Below, one piece after another: positions 1-13,500 of a stretch of 64,000 nt of DNA; position 1 is the stretch's first letter, and every line of letters starts with the position of its first letter. Origin of the DNA: Klebsormidium nitens (taxonomy: Eukaryota; Plantae; Klebsormidiophyceae); assembly GCA_000708835.1 (NCBI GenBank), contig DF237420.1, positions 9,662 to 73,661 on the forward strand, read 5' to 3'. Position numbers and translations under genes: made by a program. The notes below the pieces were generated by a model. The model saw only the letters and a list, made by a program, of their open reading frames with translations, made no database searches and was not told the origin of the DNA.

Positions 1-64
1 GTAGCTCCAAAGGTTTCGGCTTGAATGTACTGAAATGATAGTTATTTTGGTCGTTGATATTACA

Positions 65-3000
65 TCAAAGAAGAGGAACCTCGCGGTTGAAAATCCACGA
101 GAACCGGGCACTCTGCCGGCCGGGCTTCTTCTTCGCTTTCGCCGCGAGCCGGTCGCCCAGGGCGCTCACCCGAGCAGGCAGTCGGCACAGGTAATCCTGC
201 ATAAAGGATTGGGTCGTACACGGTCATACGCCGTCTGTTCGCCTATACATACAGAAGGGATTCTGGAACGAGATTATAGGTAGTTTTGAGATCGTCTCTG
301 TAGATTTGGCTGGAGCCTGAGGTTCTCGAGTCGTAGTCTACACATGATTTGGCGTACTTGTCATATGTGTGAAGCAGGGAATATAGGCTCGATGCGAATG
401 CATACGCATACTCCACAAAATCCCAAACGAGAGACGCTAACACACATAACATGCGCTACGGCTACGGCCGGCCTATGATAAACGGGAAAGAAAAGGGTAT
501 GGAATGATCCGTACCTGCATGGCCTCTGCCTCGGGAGAGAGCCCCGAGCGCTCTTCCACCTTCCAGAACCTCACAAGGTGCTCGACGATGTCAGCATAGT
601 CCCGCGCAGTGTAAACCCCGACCTTCTGAGCGACCTTCGAAGGACGGAACAAAACCAGGTTAGGTTCGTTCCTGATTGCCTTCACCCTCAATTCGCGCGG
701 ACCAATTGGACAAATGTTTTGGACACGAAAGAGACGAGTTGAGTAGGATCCGACGTTCAAAGGACGTGGAAAAGCCAAGGTTAGTTTCGTCAAGTCTGCC
801 CTTCAAGTTTTTCTCCGCGCCAAACTCTGGGTCGAATTTTGCTGATTTGAATGAGACAAACGAAGTAAACTGTCGAAGGAGAAAGTGACCCAAGACAGCC
901 CATTCAAAATATTGTAAGCTGAACGCCGCTGTCAGAAACGAGGTAAGTTGACGCGTCTCGAAAAAGAAAGATGGAACAAACACGAGACGGAAGGAGTTCC
1001 TCGCAAACCATTCCCGGAACTGCACAGCGTTTCGTTTGAAACCGTCGGACCTTGATACGCTGGCAAAGACGTGAAGAAGGATGTCAATCAGAATAGTGAG
1101 TTGCTAAAAAGCCTGTACAACTTTGCAATCAGAAGAACCAGTGTTCCCAGGAACGGGGTTTCTCTCTGTGCCCCGGCATGAGAATAGAAAAATGAGAAGG
1201 TAGGTACGGGAGAGCAAATCTCACAGCTAAGATTGAGAGGAGTCACGGTGACCAGGTAAGTTGTGCAAAACCTTTTCGCTCGTCTGACTGATGCGTAACA
1301 GGTAGCGCAATGAAATTCACGAGACTGGTATAAGCAACCTCAGAAACTGGTGAACAATTTGGTTTCTCCAAAAAGACCCACCTCCGAAAAGTCCTTGAAT
1401 AGCGTCTCGCTCTTCCCATCAAACATGTAATGCGCCGGCATCGTAATCTGTTTCTGCATCATATCCCCAAAAGCCATAGTCGCCCCGTTTGGATCTAGAT
1501 CGAAGCACTTTCCGATGATCTTCTTGTACGCCGTCTCGTGGCGCCGCTCGTCCGCCGCGATCGTTCCGCACAGCTTCGCGAGGACGGAATCCCCGGCGGA
1601 ACGCGCGAGGCGCGCGGTCGCGCCGTGCGAGACGAACGTCGCGCGCTCTTGGAAGGAGGTGTAGATGAAGCCCAAGTACGGGTTATTCTCCGTTTTCGGG
1701 TCCTGAAAGATAACAAAAAAGCAACCGGTTGGCTACGGACGTGGCGCTAAAAGTATCGAGAGAAAGAATGGTGATTAAGCGCAGACATAGTCCTGCCCGA
1801 CGAAGATGATTGGAGACCTGTGAACGCCACAACCACGGATGCGCTCTGAACAAGCTCGCCAACGATTTGGGGTTGTGTACGCGTACAGCACGAGTAGCTT
1901 TCAGTCCGGTTGTTTGAGAAAGAATATTGTTTCCTCACTCTGGTCTCAATTAGACGTAACGGAGTTTTTTATTTCAGAGTTCGGAATATTTTTTCGTGCC
2001 GGATCCTAGATCGTTAACACCCAATGACTGCGAGACTGCGCATCCTGTCAGGAAGTTTGAGACACCTGCAAGGAGTGAGCTCGTTGCTAAAGTACCGTCC
2101 TCTTTCGATGATGTCTAGTAACTGCATGACCAACATGTAGCAAACATCGCCTTTAAGCACGCAGTCTCTTGCGGAACAGTCCCTCAAGCATCGCCGCTTC
2201 GTGTGAATTGATCTGCAGAAGTAGATCCAACCTCTCACCATTCCCGACCCAATAAGATACTGCGTCGTTCTCTGCACGGCTTGCATATCCACCCTTCCCG
2301 TCAGGTACAAATACTGCTGTAACGCGTCTCCGTGCCGGTTCTCTTCCGCAGCCCAACCCCGGCCCCAAACGGCCCACGGCGTTACGCTCGCCCCGCTTTC
2401 GTCCCGGGTCACATCGAGAGTGTTAAGCATCGTCAGGTAAGTCGGCAGGGCTTCCTCTGACACCATGTCGCCCACCAAGCAGACGAGGACGTCGTCCGGA
2501 ATTCCGGCGGAACGCGCACGGAGGTCGGCGACGCGCGCGAGGAAGTCGTCGGAGGAGGGGTCCGGGAGAAAGTCCTGTAGTAGACAGTTCCCAAGTTCGA
2601 TTGGCGATGTTGATTCCCAGGTTTGAGAAATCAAAATATGGAACAGAGCCGGCTGCTTCGAAGCTTACGTGCAATGAAATGCTCCCAGCTGAAGGAAGAG
2701 TTTCAGCGTTTTCAAACCAGGCGCGCGCGGAGGTCAGGAGACACGGATCACGTCGTTCGAGTGTCAGGAGCAAAGTCCTGCGAGTCATTCGTGAAGAGAA
2801 GGGAGATAGGACAGGTGCCCGCAATGCAAGCAATTTTTTTTCATTTGTGTGGTGCGGATCTGCTTTTGGCCGATGGCGATTCAAGCAGTCCATAGCCTGG
2901 GAAAAAGCTGGAGGGGTCGTTAAAGGAAGGGTCCGGAAGAAAACGTTGCAAGAAGAAAGCGTCGACTCACTTAGCATCAGTGGTTATCTGCCGTGTAAAC

Positions 3001-5397
3001 AGCATCTAACACTCCAAACTTTCTCTACTTTTATGTTACAATGGGCTGGAAAAGTTTCTGGCCGTTGAATCTCGGAGCGGATTTCAAGGTCCTGCGAAAT
3101 TCACGGTACAGAGTTTCGATGCAATTGAGGGCTAAGATGCCGTTGACTGGAGAGGAGGAGCACTCGGCCACACGCGGAAAGTCGCCTGGCAAGGTATCCA
3201 AAATGAGGTCCTGCAAAACTAGGATGAACCGGAACCGAAATCTGAATCGGATGAGAGGAGCATAGTTGGCAGTCAGGACTCGAAGGCATCCGACGGCTGA
3301 GATGGGCATCGACTGGCCAAGGAAACTTGTTGAGAGTCGTTAGTCGCGCTCGGATCAAGCACAAACAGCGCGTCGTTTGTAAAACTCGTACTGGCATACC
3401 TAGTGAAAGGAGAAACGAGCAGAATGTACTGGGACTACAGGAACCTGGAAGGATTATGTGTGAATACGTCAAATGTTGAAAGCGAGGTACAGCACGCGTC
3501 TCAGATAGTCAGGGGCTGCTTGCATTCACAAGAATCCGTACCAAAAGCGCACTGAAAAGGCTTGAGCGCTCAGGTCCTAATGTTCGGAGTCTGCCGCAAG
3601 ATCTGTGGGAGGGTATATACATGGAACGGCCCACATCACACATACCAATCTTTGAATGTCTGCGCTCCAGTATGAATATCACTTGCCTGAAAGCGGCTAC
3701 AGTTGGTGAGTCTTTCCGGCTCGAACGCAAATCGAGTCTCCTATAGCTTGTTTACACCTCTAAAATCACACAAGAACGCAGATGCACGGTGACCAGAAGG
3801 GAAAGGACCAGCTCTTCTGTCACCGAGAAGTTCTTCAGAATCACATACAGAATCTGCTTCAGATAAGCTCACCGCGGGCTGCCAGTTTGTGCTAGGGTCT
3901 TTTAGCATCGGCACAATCTCCGCTTCCATCCAGTCCGTCAGTGACGCCACGACCTCCGCCCCGTTTTGTGTGAGACTGTGGGTCTTTCCCCACGAAGTTT
4001 GTCGGCGCTGTTTTGGATGCGTAGCGCTGGGTTTGGGGGGGGTTAAGACCGGAGTAGGCTCTTGGGCTGGGGGCAGTTGATTTGGGATTGCAACGGGCAC
4101 TGCCCTGGAAGAACAAGACAGAACTTCGATTTCTGCAGATTCTGAGAGTTGTGGAGGTTGGTGTGCTTGATCAGGTGCGAAGGCACGTTTGGAACTGATT
4201 CCTGAAGACGAGCACACTGCTCTTAAAGAAGTGGATGCCAATTCTGCTTTTGGTTCTGAGCATTGCGTCACTCATGTATGGAAACTTGACATCATGATAG
4301 ACAACATCTTGAAATTGTGACGACCCTGAAAGAACGAGGCGACAACTCTTCTTTCTGCTGTGACTTTTTGTGGGTTCAAAGTGACCCCAAGCCTGTGCGA
4401 CGGAGTATGCACTGGGAGTAACCTGAGCACTGATCTTGTATAGGGAGTGACCTTTCACAGCTCTTTTCAACCAAACCCCTTACTTGAAAATTAAATGATA
4501 AATGATAAATGCAGGCTGGTCTAGTTGACACTAAGACTAGGAGGTTGGTCGGAAGGAGTTGTAGAAAGTGACCTTGTATGGAGTAATCTTCTGGTTATGA
4601 CCAATCTCCTTGAAGACATATAACTCTGACAGGGCTTTGTAAACTTTTGACGTAAAAAGGTGAACGGGGCGAGTGCTTCCCGTTCCTTCTTGCAGGACTA
4701 GGGAGAAGGTGGACCGTACCGCCACGGCCTTTTCCTTGGCACAGCCCACTCATCACTTCCTTGTCTCTTTATATCTATCCATTGAGACCCACTTTGATAG
4801 TATGAGAGCACGTCCTGCTCAGTGGCACTATCCAGTTGCAGCATTGACCCTTCCAGTTATGAAAATGACCAAGATGAGAGCCGAAATCAGCATAGGCGTT
4901 TCATCACACATGGGACAAGCCTACTCCTATCTATGATCAGCAGTCAATCGAGTTAGCAATTAACCACTTCTCGAAGGGCCGCTAACCCCCACCATTGAGC
5001 ATGAAAAACTATCGAGCACGAAATGTGGCCTAGCTCAACCAGCACTGACAGCTGGTTCCAAGTCAACATGGGTCTGGGCCAGTCATGTTTCGATGCAAAA
5101 AGGCAACAAAGCCTACTTCCTATCAAAAGTATCAGCTCATTTGGGGCTAAGTCACCTTGCAATGTCAGCAACCTGTGTCATTGAGCAAGCCACTCTGGGA
5201 CGGCAGCCGATTATCGCAGGGTCAATTCCTCTCCCGCGTTTCAGCCCTCCGGTTCTGTATTGCCCCAGAAGCGAGCGCTGTAAAACCAGTTTGCTGGCCA
5301 ACCATGTCTGCAAGGCACCCTGCTCTTGGGGAATCGTGCATGAGAAACTAGACACTGGGCAGCGCGTGTCAACATGTGGCAAGACTGCCAAGGCCAT
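65..5397 (-). CDS. Plastid soluble acyl-ACP (stearoyl-ACP-type) desaturase, paralog 1, about 460 aa, 6 exons
   Basis: Exons 5397-5156, 4104-3873, 2574-2239, 1702-1382, 634-515, 196-65, all GT-AG, 1383 nt in frame. Motifs [43 protein letters not shown] and C-terminal FSWIFNREV. Exon 1 reads like a transit peptide. The exon 1-2 junction is less certain than the core. Confidence 0.93.
2718..3215 (-). repeat. Three decayed intronic copies of the desaturase-1 exon-3 5' edge
   Basis: Segments ~2718-2783, ~2905-2950 and ~3172-3215 resemble the exon start encoding [14 protein letters not shown]|GAC acceptors are intact at 2777 and 3210. Confidence 0.6.
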
Positions 5398-6493
5398 TGT
5401 GGTGTCAATTGTTTGGCTGGATGCCTGGTGCGCTGATCCAAATCCGTTAGAACACTGTCAGCAGCTGAAAGGCGAGCCCAGCTCAGATGTAACGCTGGGC
5501 AGTATTGGGCAGCTCAGGTAGAAGTTTGCTGCTCGTTCTTGTTTCTAAGTCTGGTTCTGCTGCTTTCAAGACCGAAATGCTAAGGAAGGACAGCTTACTA
5601 AACGGCGCGTGTCGGCATGAGGCCGTGTTTCCAAGGCTACTAAGCTTGACCGATACTCGTGCGTGAATGGGCAGCTCGGATTGAATGCGGCTTTGATCTG
5701 CAAGGTGCTACACAGCTTTTGATCAGCCTTGTCAGCTCAAGCGGACCGGCAATACCTATATGTTGCATCGGATTAGCCCGCTTTGTTATCCAGGAGTCGT
5801 GAATTTGTCTGAATCAGAGATTGAGGTAGGTCTATTCTTTGCTTGTCAAGCTAGCGACATGCAGGAATGAGAAAACGTGGGACTAAAAGTTGAATGACCC
5901 TCAAGATTTCAAAGCCGCTGATTTGACTCGAGCTCCTCTGCAAAATCCTTCAGACACGTTTCCTGAATCTGCAAGCAGACCGTGTGGAATTGCAGCCCGA
6001 AAAGCCTCAGCTGGCTAGCTCCCAGTGCTGGATACATATACATGTAGAACAACTTAGCTTCTAGTACGTTTAGATCTACCGTATTCTGGATTGGAAGAAG
6101 CAACCTCACTCAGTCTTCTTCTACTAGTACAGAGCGGACTCTTTAAATGTACCTACGGTATCGTGATCGACACGCGGACAACCTGGTACCCAGGACCGTA
6201 CCTAATTGGTTAGCACGGCATTATGCGGGGAGAGCGTATGATGTCGGATGATGGTACGGAACATCGCCTTTTCAGCGACTGTGAGCTCGAGGTCTCGGGC
6301 GTTCAGTCGCCTGGACTCACAAGTCACTTCAATGCCAATTATCGTACGGCCCCGCCCCTCTCCGTGTTCACTCGGAAAAGGATGAACAATCTGAGGACAC
6401 CACGCTCATCAGCTGGAGACGTGGGACTCCTATACCTGGCGATGGTCGCCGGAGCGCGGGTGCCAAACCGCACGGCGGCCCCTGGGAGGCGGC

Positions 6494-6845
6494 NNNNNNN
6501 NNNNNNNNNNNNNNNNNNNNNNNNNNNNNNNNNNNNNNNNNNNNNNNNNNNNNNNNNNNNNNNNNNNNNNNNNNNNNNNNNNNNNNNNNNNNNNNNNNNN
6601 NNNNNNNNNNNNNNNNNNNNNNNNNNNNNNNNNNNNNNNNNNNNNNNNNNNNNNNNNNNNNNNNNNNNNNNNNNNNNNNNNNNNNNNNNNNNNNNNNNNN
6701 NNNNNNNNNNNNNNNNNNNNNNNNNNNNNNNNNNNNNNNNNNNNNNNNNNNNNNNNNNNNNNNNNNNNNNNNNNNNNNNNNNNNNNNNNNNNNNNNNNNN
6801 NNNNNNNNNNNNNNNNNNNNNNNNNNNNNNNNNNNNNNNNNNNNN
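6494..6845. other. Assembly gap (N run)
   Basis: Run of N bases. Confidence 0.99.
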
Positions 6846-7506
6846 CGCGCTACCCAATGCGTACAAGTTAGTGAGTTGGGGTCGGGGTGGGTTTTTGCAT
6901 GTCGGTTTTTGTCAGCTGCAGTGCTCATTCTTATCAATTAAAAGCAGCTGCTGGAAACGCAAGTACGGTACCTACGGTAGCTCATGCTTCTGCATTATTT
7001 GCAGAACTGCATTTTGCACCTGTTCCTAGCCTCGTTTCTTATGCAGATCAGCTGGCAGATGTTCAATCCCCCTATCCTCAACAAAGCCAGGCTGTGCCTG
7101 GGTGCGGTGTCAAGATCTCATCTTCAGGGCACTGGCGCAAGCGTTGAAGCCAACACCCACAGCTCGGAAATTGCTAGTAGGGTCAGAAGGGCCGCTTTTT
7201 ACACACTTTGGTTCCCTTCAAGTCATATGCCCATTGGAACCAAATTTGCCAGCTTCACCTATAGTAAATTCTGATCAGATGGGCTTTCCAGTAAAGCACG
7301 CTCCTGGTTATTCGCAGCAAGCAGACTGGACCTGATGTCCCTGCGAATAGCTCAGCAACAGCTCACCGATCTAAGGCTCGTAGCGGAATACTTCCGCTCG
7401 ACAGTGACCACTTTCTCCCACATCAACACTTTTGTTGATTGAGCATCTGTGCAAGTTCAGCAAATCAGCCCGCTTACGACCCGCCGAAGACGCCCCGAAA
7501 ATTTCA

Positions 7507-10500
7507 ATGGCTACCGGCACCCCCTCCCCTGCGCTACAGAAAACCGCCATGCGATCCCGGGACATCGAGGCTGATGACGAAAGCGCGCCCACTCCTGCGG
7601 CGCCACCTGGCGCTTTCCCAAGCCCCAGCACCTCGGCTGCACTCAATGCAGAAGCAGCGGAACTGCGTGACGGATCTGACGTGCCGTGGCACGTCTATTC
7701 CGCAGAGCTCAAGGCACTCTTTTCGCTGTGCGGGCCGCTCGCGCTGTCGGGGTTTCTGATGTACGCACGCCTGCTCATATCGCTGATGTTCCTGGGGCGG
7801 CTGGGCGCGGTGCCGCTAGCAGGTGAGCGATTGCTTGTTGGTGCACCTAGATAGCTTATTCGTCCTGTATCAGGAGCTCAAATGCAGCTCCATGTCCCGG
7901 CGGGGTCCAATGCTTCTGTGGATTCAGAGCTGAAGATTTGATGCGCGTGCATTTGCAAGCGAAGCGGTGGGCAGTGATGTTGCTAGCACGACGCCACCTG
8001 ATCCCAACGCCAGCCTCAGCTAGCTGATTAACTTAGCATCCAGTACAACCAACATTGTGCAGCTTGGGTGTGAGCCATGTTGGGCTGATACACAATCGCT
8101 GCATTCGCATACAGCTGCACATTCAATGGGTTGATGCTAAAATGTAGCCACTGCAGAAGGATTAGATCGTTTATGTACCAATTTTAGAAGTGCCCACTCA
8201 GAAAAGTTTTGGAGGGAAGCTTTGTGGCTGAGGTTCAGCTGTGCTTCTGTGCCCTTTTGACATGCCAGGCACAGTCTGCTAGCTGCTATAGTGGCAATGC
8301 CCGCTGTCTCAACTATGAAGCAACTTTTCTGCGCATGAGTCTGCGTCTTGTCAGTGCAGGTAAGACACGAGCCGCTGACAGGTTGGAGAAGCTTCTAAAA
8401 GGTCACCGCCCGATCTGATAACCACAATGCTGTGACAGTCCCACTTAAAGCGGCAACAAGTTTTCAGCTTTTTGAATCTTCAGATCCCTTGCGGCTTAAG
8501 CTTCTCCTTTTACTCATTTTCATATGAAAAGGTCAGGGATTCTTGCGCGTTTGGGTTTTCAAGACCCAAGAATTGCAGCTCCACGAAACTCCGCCCTTTA
8601 CCCAGAATAAGGCTGTATATTTATCCGGAACTTTGGCTCCATTGAGGCTGAAAGAAAATCAAAAGCTTCCACTGGAGTACCCCTGCTCTCGCTCCGTCAT
8701 TCCCTTGCTAAACTGGCCTCCGAAAGAAATCCATGTCAGAACCCAAACCCAATCCCAGATTCTACGTCCAGGTGGCGCCCTCGCACTCACCGTCGTGAAT
8801 GTGACGTCCTTCTCACCTCTTTTCGGTCTCACTTTGGCGCTCGAGCCCCTCTACGGACGGGCTTATGGGGCCAAAGACTTTCGTGCTATGGTAGGTCGCC
8901 ACCTTTTCCCATTCCTTCTTCTCAAAGTTTCAACCGTGTCGCTCTGAGTTTCAAGACAGGATGGACTTACACCCCTTTCGGTTTAAACATTCTGGATTAT
9001 GTCACGCCCAAACGTGCTAGCTGCCCTTTGCTGGAACACATTGTTCGGAGAAATGTGACCCTGCGAAAGACATCCGCATCTCCGAGCAACGCTAATTCGG
9101 GAGAGTTGAACAGCCTGATTGTATTTGCTGGTACGTGATTCAAGCTGATCCAGTGTCTCAGCCGATGGTCATGTGGGCATCCTGGAAAAGCCCAGGCTAC
9201 CAACCGACTGCCAGGCTGCTTTTACTTGGAAACACACAAAAGCGAACCGGCGAGTTGAGAAAGGAGACATTGGAGCAGAGGATCAGAGCCTTCGGCCATC
9301 TGCAGCGACGCATGGTGATTCGTGTTCTCACTTCACTTGCTGGGATGTTTTAAAACGTCCCCAAGACGCCAAGCGTTTCCTAGCCCGGTTTTTGACTTCC
9401 ACAAGGGCGCCTAGTGGCTGCAGCGAGGCGCGGTCACTTTTCACCTCTTCACCTGCTTGCAAAAGTCACAGGTTGTTTGAGCGCCCCAATGCGCTAGGTG
9501 TGTAATTAATGAACTCTGTTTTATAAACCCGCTTTCTCCAAGGGCGCCTGGCAGCTGTAGTGAGGCGTGGTCTCTAACGAACCTTTTGACTCCCCGCTTT
9601 TGCAGCGTACCCTCGCTAAAAGCCCCGGCCACGTGACTAATCCGGTTCCTTAACCCCGCTTTCGTACAGGGCGCCTGGCTGCAGCGAGGCGTGGTCACCC
9701 TCCGTCTCTTCCGGACCCTCTTACAAAACGTCCTTGTTTGTGCAGCGTATTCTCGATGAACGGCCTGTCCGAGTTACTAACCCGGTTCCTTAACCCCGCT
9801 TTCTTACAGGGCGCCTGGCTGCAGCGAGGCGTGGTTATTCTGTGGCTCTTCAGCGTCCCCATCTCGGCTCTCTGGTGGAACGCCGAGAAAATCCTCCTCT
9901 TGCTGCGCCAGTCCCCTGAAATCGCGGCGGCCGCGGGGCTTTACCTCCGATTCCTGTTGCCAGATGTCGTGCTCACGGCCACTGTCATGCCGGTCCGCAT
10001 GTTCCTCCGGACGCAGGTACGTCAATACGCAGATTTAGGGATTGAGGGATGTTAGGTGTATGCGAGCATGTAAACAATTACGTTCACACGCATGCATACA
10101 GGTGCTCAGGTCTGCAATCATGTAGGTAGGTACGTGGTTTCTATAGGCTTTAAGCATCTGTGGTTACACGTACTCCAGTCCAAGAGGATCTGGATCCGCG
10201 CAGGTTCCCAGGATATACAGCGCCGTTTAGTGTTCCCAGCGGTCTCGTCATTCCGTCTGATGTGTAGGCGCAGGGCTGGACTCCTACAAGGTTTTTTCTC
10301 TCTGCAGGGCTATGCAAGCTACATCCTTTACGCAAACGTGTTCGCCTTCGCTCTCCAAGTCCCGCTCACCGTCCTCTTCATGGACTACGCGGGTTTGGGA
10401 ATGGGGGGCGCCGCGATCGCCTCATTCTGCTACAACCTTGTGCTGCTCATTCTGTTGATTTCGGTCGGCCTCTGGCGGGGGCTCTTCGCACGCTGCTGGC

Positions 10501-13500
10501 CCGGCCTTTCGCCCCGCGTTTGGGCCAGCGACTGGAGCGTATTTTTGGGGTGAGGAANNNNNNNNNNNNNNNNNNNNNNNNNNNNNNNNNNNNNNNNNNN
10601 NNNNNNNNNNNNNNNNNNNNNNNNNNNNNNNNNNNNNNNNNNNNNNNNNNNNNNNNNNNNNNNNNNNNNNNNNNNNNNNNNNNNNNNNNNNNNNNNNNNN
10701 NNNNNNNNNNNNNNNNNNNNNNNNNNNNNNNNNNNNNNNNNNNNNNNNNNNNNNNNNNNNNNNNNNNNNNNNNNNNNNNNNNNNNNNNNNNNNNNNNNNN
10801 NNNNNNNNNNNNNNNNNNNNNNNNNNNNNNNNNNNNNNNNNNNNNNNNNNNNNNNNNNNNNNNNNNNNNNNNNNNNNNNNNNNNNNNNNNNNNNNNNNNN
10901 NNNNNNNNNNNNNNNNNNNNNNNNNNNNNNNNNNNNNNNNNNNNNNNNNNNNNNNNNNNNNNNNNNNNNNNNNNNNNNNNNNNNNNNNNNNNNNNNNNNN
11001 NNNNNNNNNNNNNNNNNNNNNNNNNNNNNNNNNNNNNNNNNNNNNNNNNNNNNNNNNNNNNNNNNNNNNNNNNNNNNNNNNNNNNNNNNNNNNNNNNNNN
11101 NNNNNNNNNNNNNNNNNNNNNNNNNNNNNNNNNNNNNNNNNNNNNNNNNTATTTTTGGGGTGAGGAAAATTAGACCCTGCTTAACCCCCTGCTTAACCCT
11201 GTTGAGTTTACGTTAACCCCTGTTCGGTCGGCCTCTGGGGGTGTCTCTTCGCGCGCTGCTGGCCCGGACTTCCGCCCCGGATTTGGGCCAGCGAGTGGAG
11301 CGTGTTTTTGGGGTGAGGAAACTCTGCTTGACCCCCTTCTTAACCATCTTACTTCACGTGAAACCCTGTTCGGTTGGTCTCTGGGGAGGGCTCTTCGCGC
11401 GCTGTTGGAGTTGAAGTGGTAGATGTAGTGCCGTCTGGGCCTACAGCCTGGAGTGTCGCCCCGGGTTTAGGTCAGCGAGTGGGTTAGAAAACCCTGCTTA
11501 GTTCCCTGCTTAATTCCGCTGAACCCCCTGACATCATCCTAAAAACACAATCCCCAAACCGTGGGTGTCCTTCTCCTGGGCTCTCCCGCATATCAGAGTA
11601 AAGTGACGATGATTTGGGGGCGAGAGAGCCCTGCTGGATCTGACATCATCCACATCATCTTGATTGAAACAAGCAGTAAACCTGTGTCCCAGTTGAGAGC
11701 CTCAAGCTTGTGAGTGAACGGCCCTCGTATTTAGCGAGTCCAACCTGAGAACTGAGAGATTCAAGCGGAAGATCTGCCTGTTGGGCTTTGGATGCGGTTT
11801 TAGGCGAGCGATTATTCTTCCGTTGGTGGGGATTCAAATGAAAACCATCAGTAGAACCCCCAAGCCCTAATCCTAGACTCAGCCCCCCTGCATGTCTGTT
11901 CCAAGTACTTGTGACCTCCATTCTGTGGCACTTGCACAGGCCTACCGTTTCCATGCAATAAGTTCACGTAAAAGACCACCTGGGCCTTAGGAGGAACAAA
12001 GCGATTGTGCTAATTAACTTGCATGGAGGTGCAGGAAAAGTGGCAAAACTCTCGACATGCTTCTCTCTCTCTGTGCAGCCTCGCCATTCCTAGTTGTTTC
12101 TCGCTGTGCCTCCAGTGGTGGGCGTACGAAACGGCGACCATCATGGCGGGCTGGCTTCCGGTAGGTCGCCTTGTACCCACTGGCAGACACCTCCGGATCC
12201 CCTCGAGTTCGACAAAGGGCTTTGTTGGAGTACTCCATCCTTGTCAAACTCAACAGTACCGTTGTCTTCGAAACAGCCGCTCATTTCAGAACAGCTGATT
12301 GTCGGGCAGATTTGGTCATCTCCGGTGCAATCTTGTAAAGCTGAGATGTAATGCTTGCTCGCGTTGCTTGCTCGCGTTGCCCGAAATTCGTTAGCATCTC
12401 GTATCTATACACAAGGTTTCAATGAAAGCGATTTGAAGTTTTGAAGTCACGGAAGCGGAGCTGGAAGCTAAGCCGAGAGCTGCTCGCTAAGTCAAATATC
12501 GTTCCGTAGCTGCGAACGAATATCGAAAAGCTAGAGTGCGGCTTTGACTTATCAAGACAGGTGGTGACGTTATAGTCTGCACAGACACACCAACGCGTAA
12601 CAGCTTATCTGGGAGCTGGAGAGCAGCTTCACATCTTAAAAGCTACGCCAACGTTTAACAACGAAGTAAAGGTTGCAGCACATATGTGAAACAAAAGCAG
12701 AGACTGGCAGATTGAGCAATCAGCTTCAGTGAAATCGCCTCCTTTTCGATCTGCCGCAGAAACCCGAGTACAACCTGTCGGCGCTCTCCATCTGCTTCAA
12801 CATCAACGCGGCGCTCGCGGGGGTCAATTTCGCCACTGGTACCTCTTCGAGGTAGACCCCCCTTTCGGAATGTATTCCGTCTTGTGAAGCAGCTGATTGG
12901 GTTGAGATTCAAATCAAGGAGTTCGAACGAAACGGTCCGACTGAAATCTATATATTACTGGGAAGATGGAAAAGTTTAGCTGGACAAGCAGAGGGTACAA
13001 TGCGCAACAGTGGAGGTCAATTTAGACGTCTTGACCAGTGTGTGCTCAGCTCAAATTCCAACTTAGACTTATAAAATCGATGGACAATCAGTCGAACGAA
13101 TGGGGCCGAAGTCCTAAGGACCCTTATGCCATCTGCTTTGAACGGCGTCGTTCGTTCTTAGACACCTTGGGTGCTGGTTGCCGCGCCATACATTAACCAG
13201 CTCTGAAGCGGGTCTGCTCTTTTAACATTGCAGAACCTACGTAGCCCAGTGGCCGACAAAGTACTGTTAGAGTGTCCACTCGTACCTGCCAAATATATAG
13301 TCTTCCATTCAACAGTCACTTTACTGGCCTAACCTTTGTTGGAACGGTTGTTTGTTTGTTTGTTTTTTTTGTTGGCTTCCTTCAACCAATCAAAACCAGG
13401 TGCGAAGGTCGCGAGGGGTCCGAGCGGTTTACTCAAGGGGTCCGCTGGTCTAGTGCGACGAAGTAGTACATCTCTTCTAGTCTTGCCATTAATCAAAGCG

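Noticed and set aside
4105-4271. N-terminal 56 codons of ORF 3741-4271 as part of desaturase 1
   Set aside because: There is an in-frame stop just upstream and no ATG. The strong phase-compatible acceptor at 4104 is preferred, though a weaker AAG acceptor at 4221 cannot be excluded.
6223-7029. ORFs spanning the N gaps (also 10520-11173)
   Set aside because: Their length comes from X residues.
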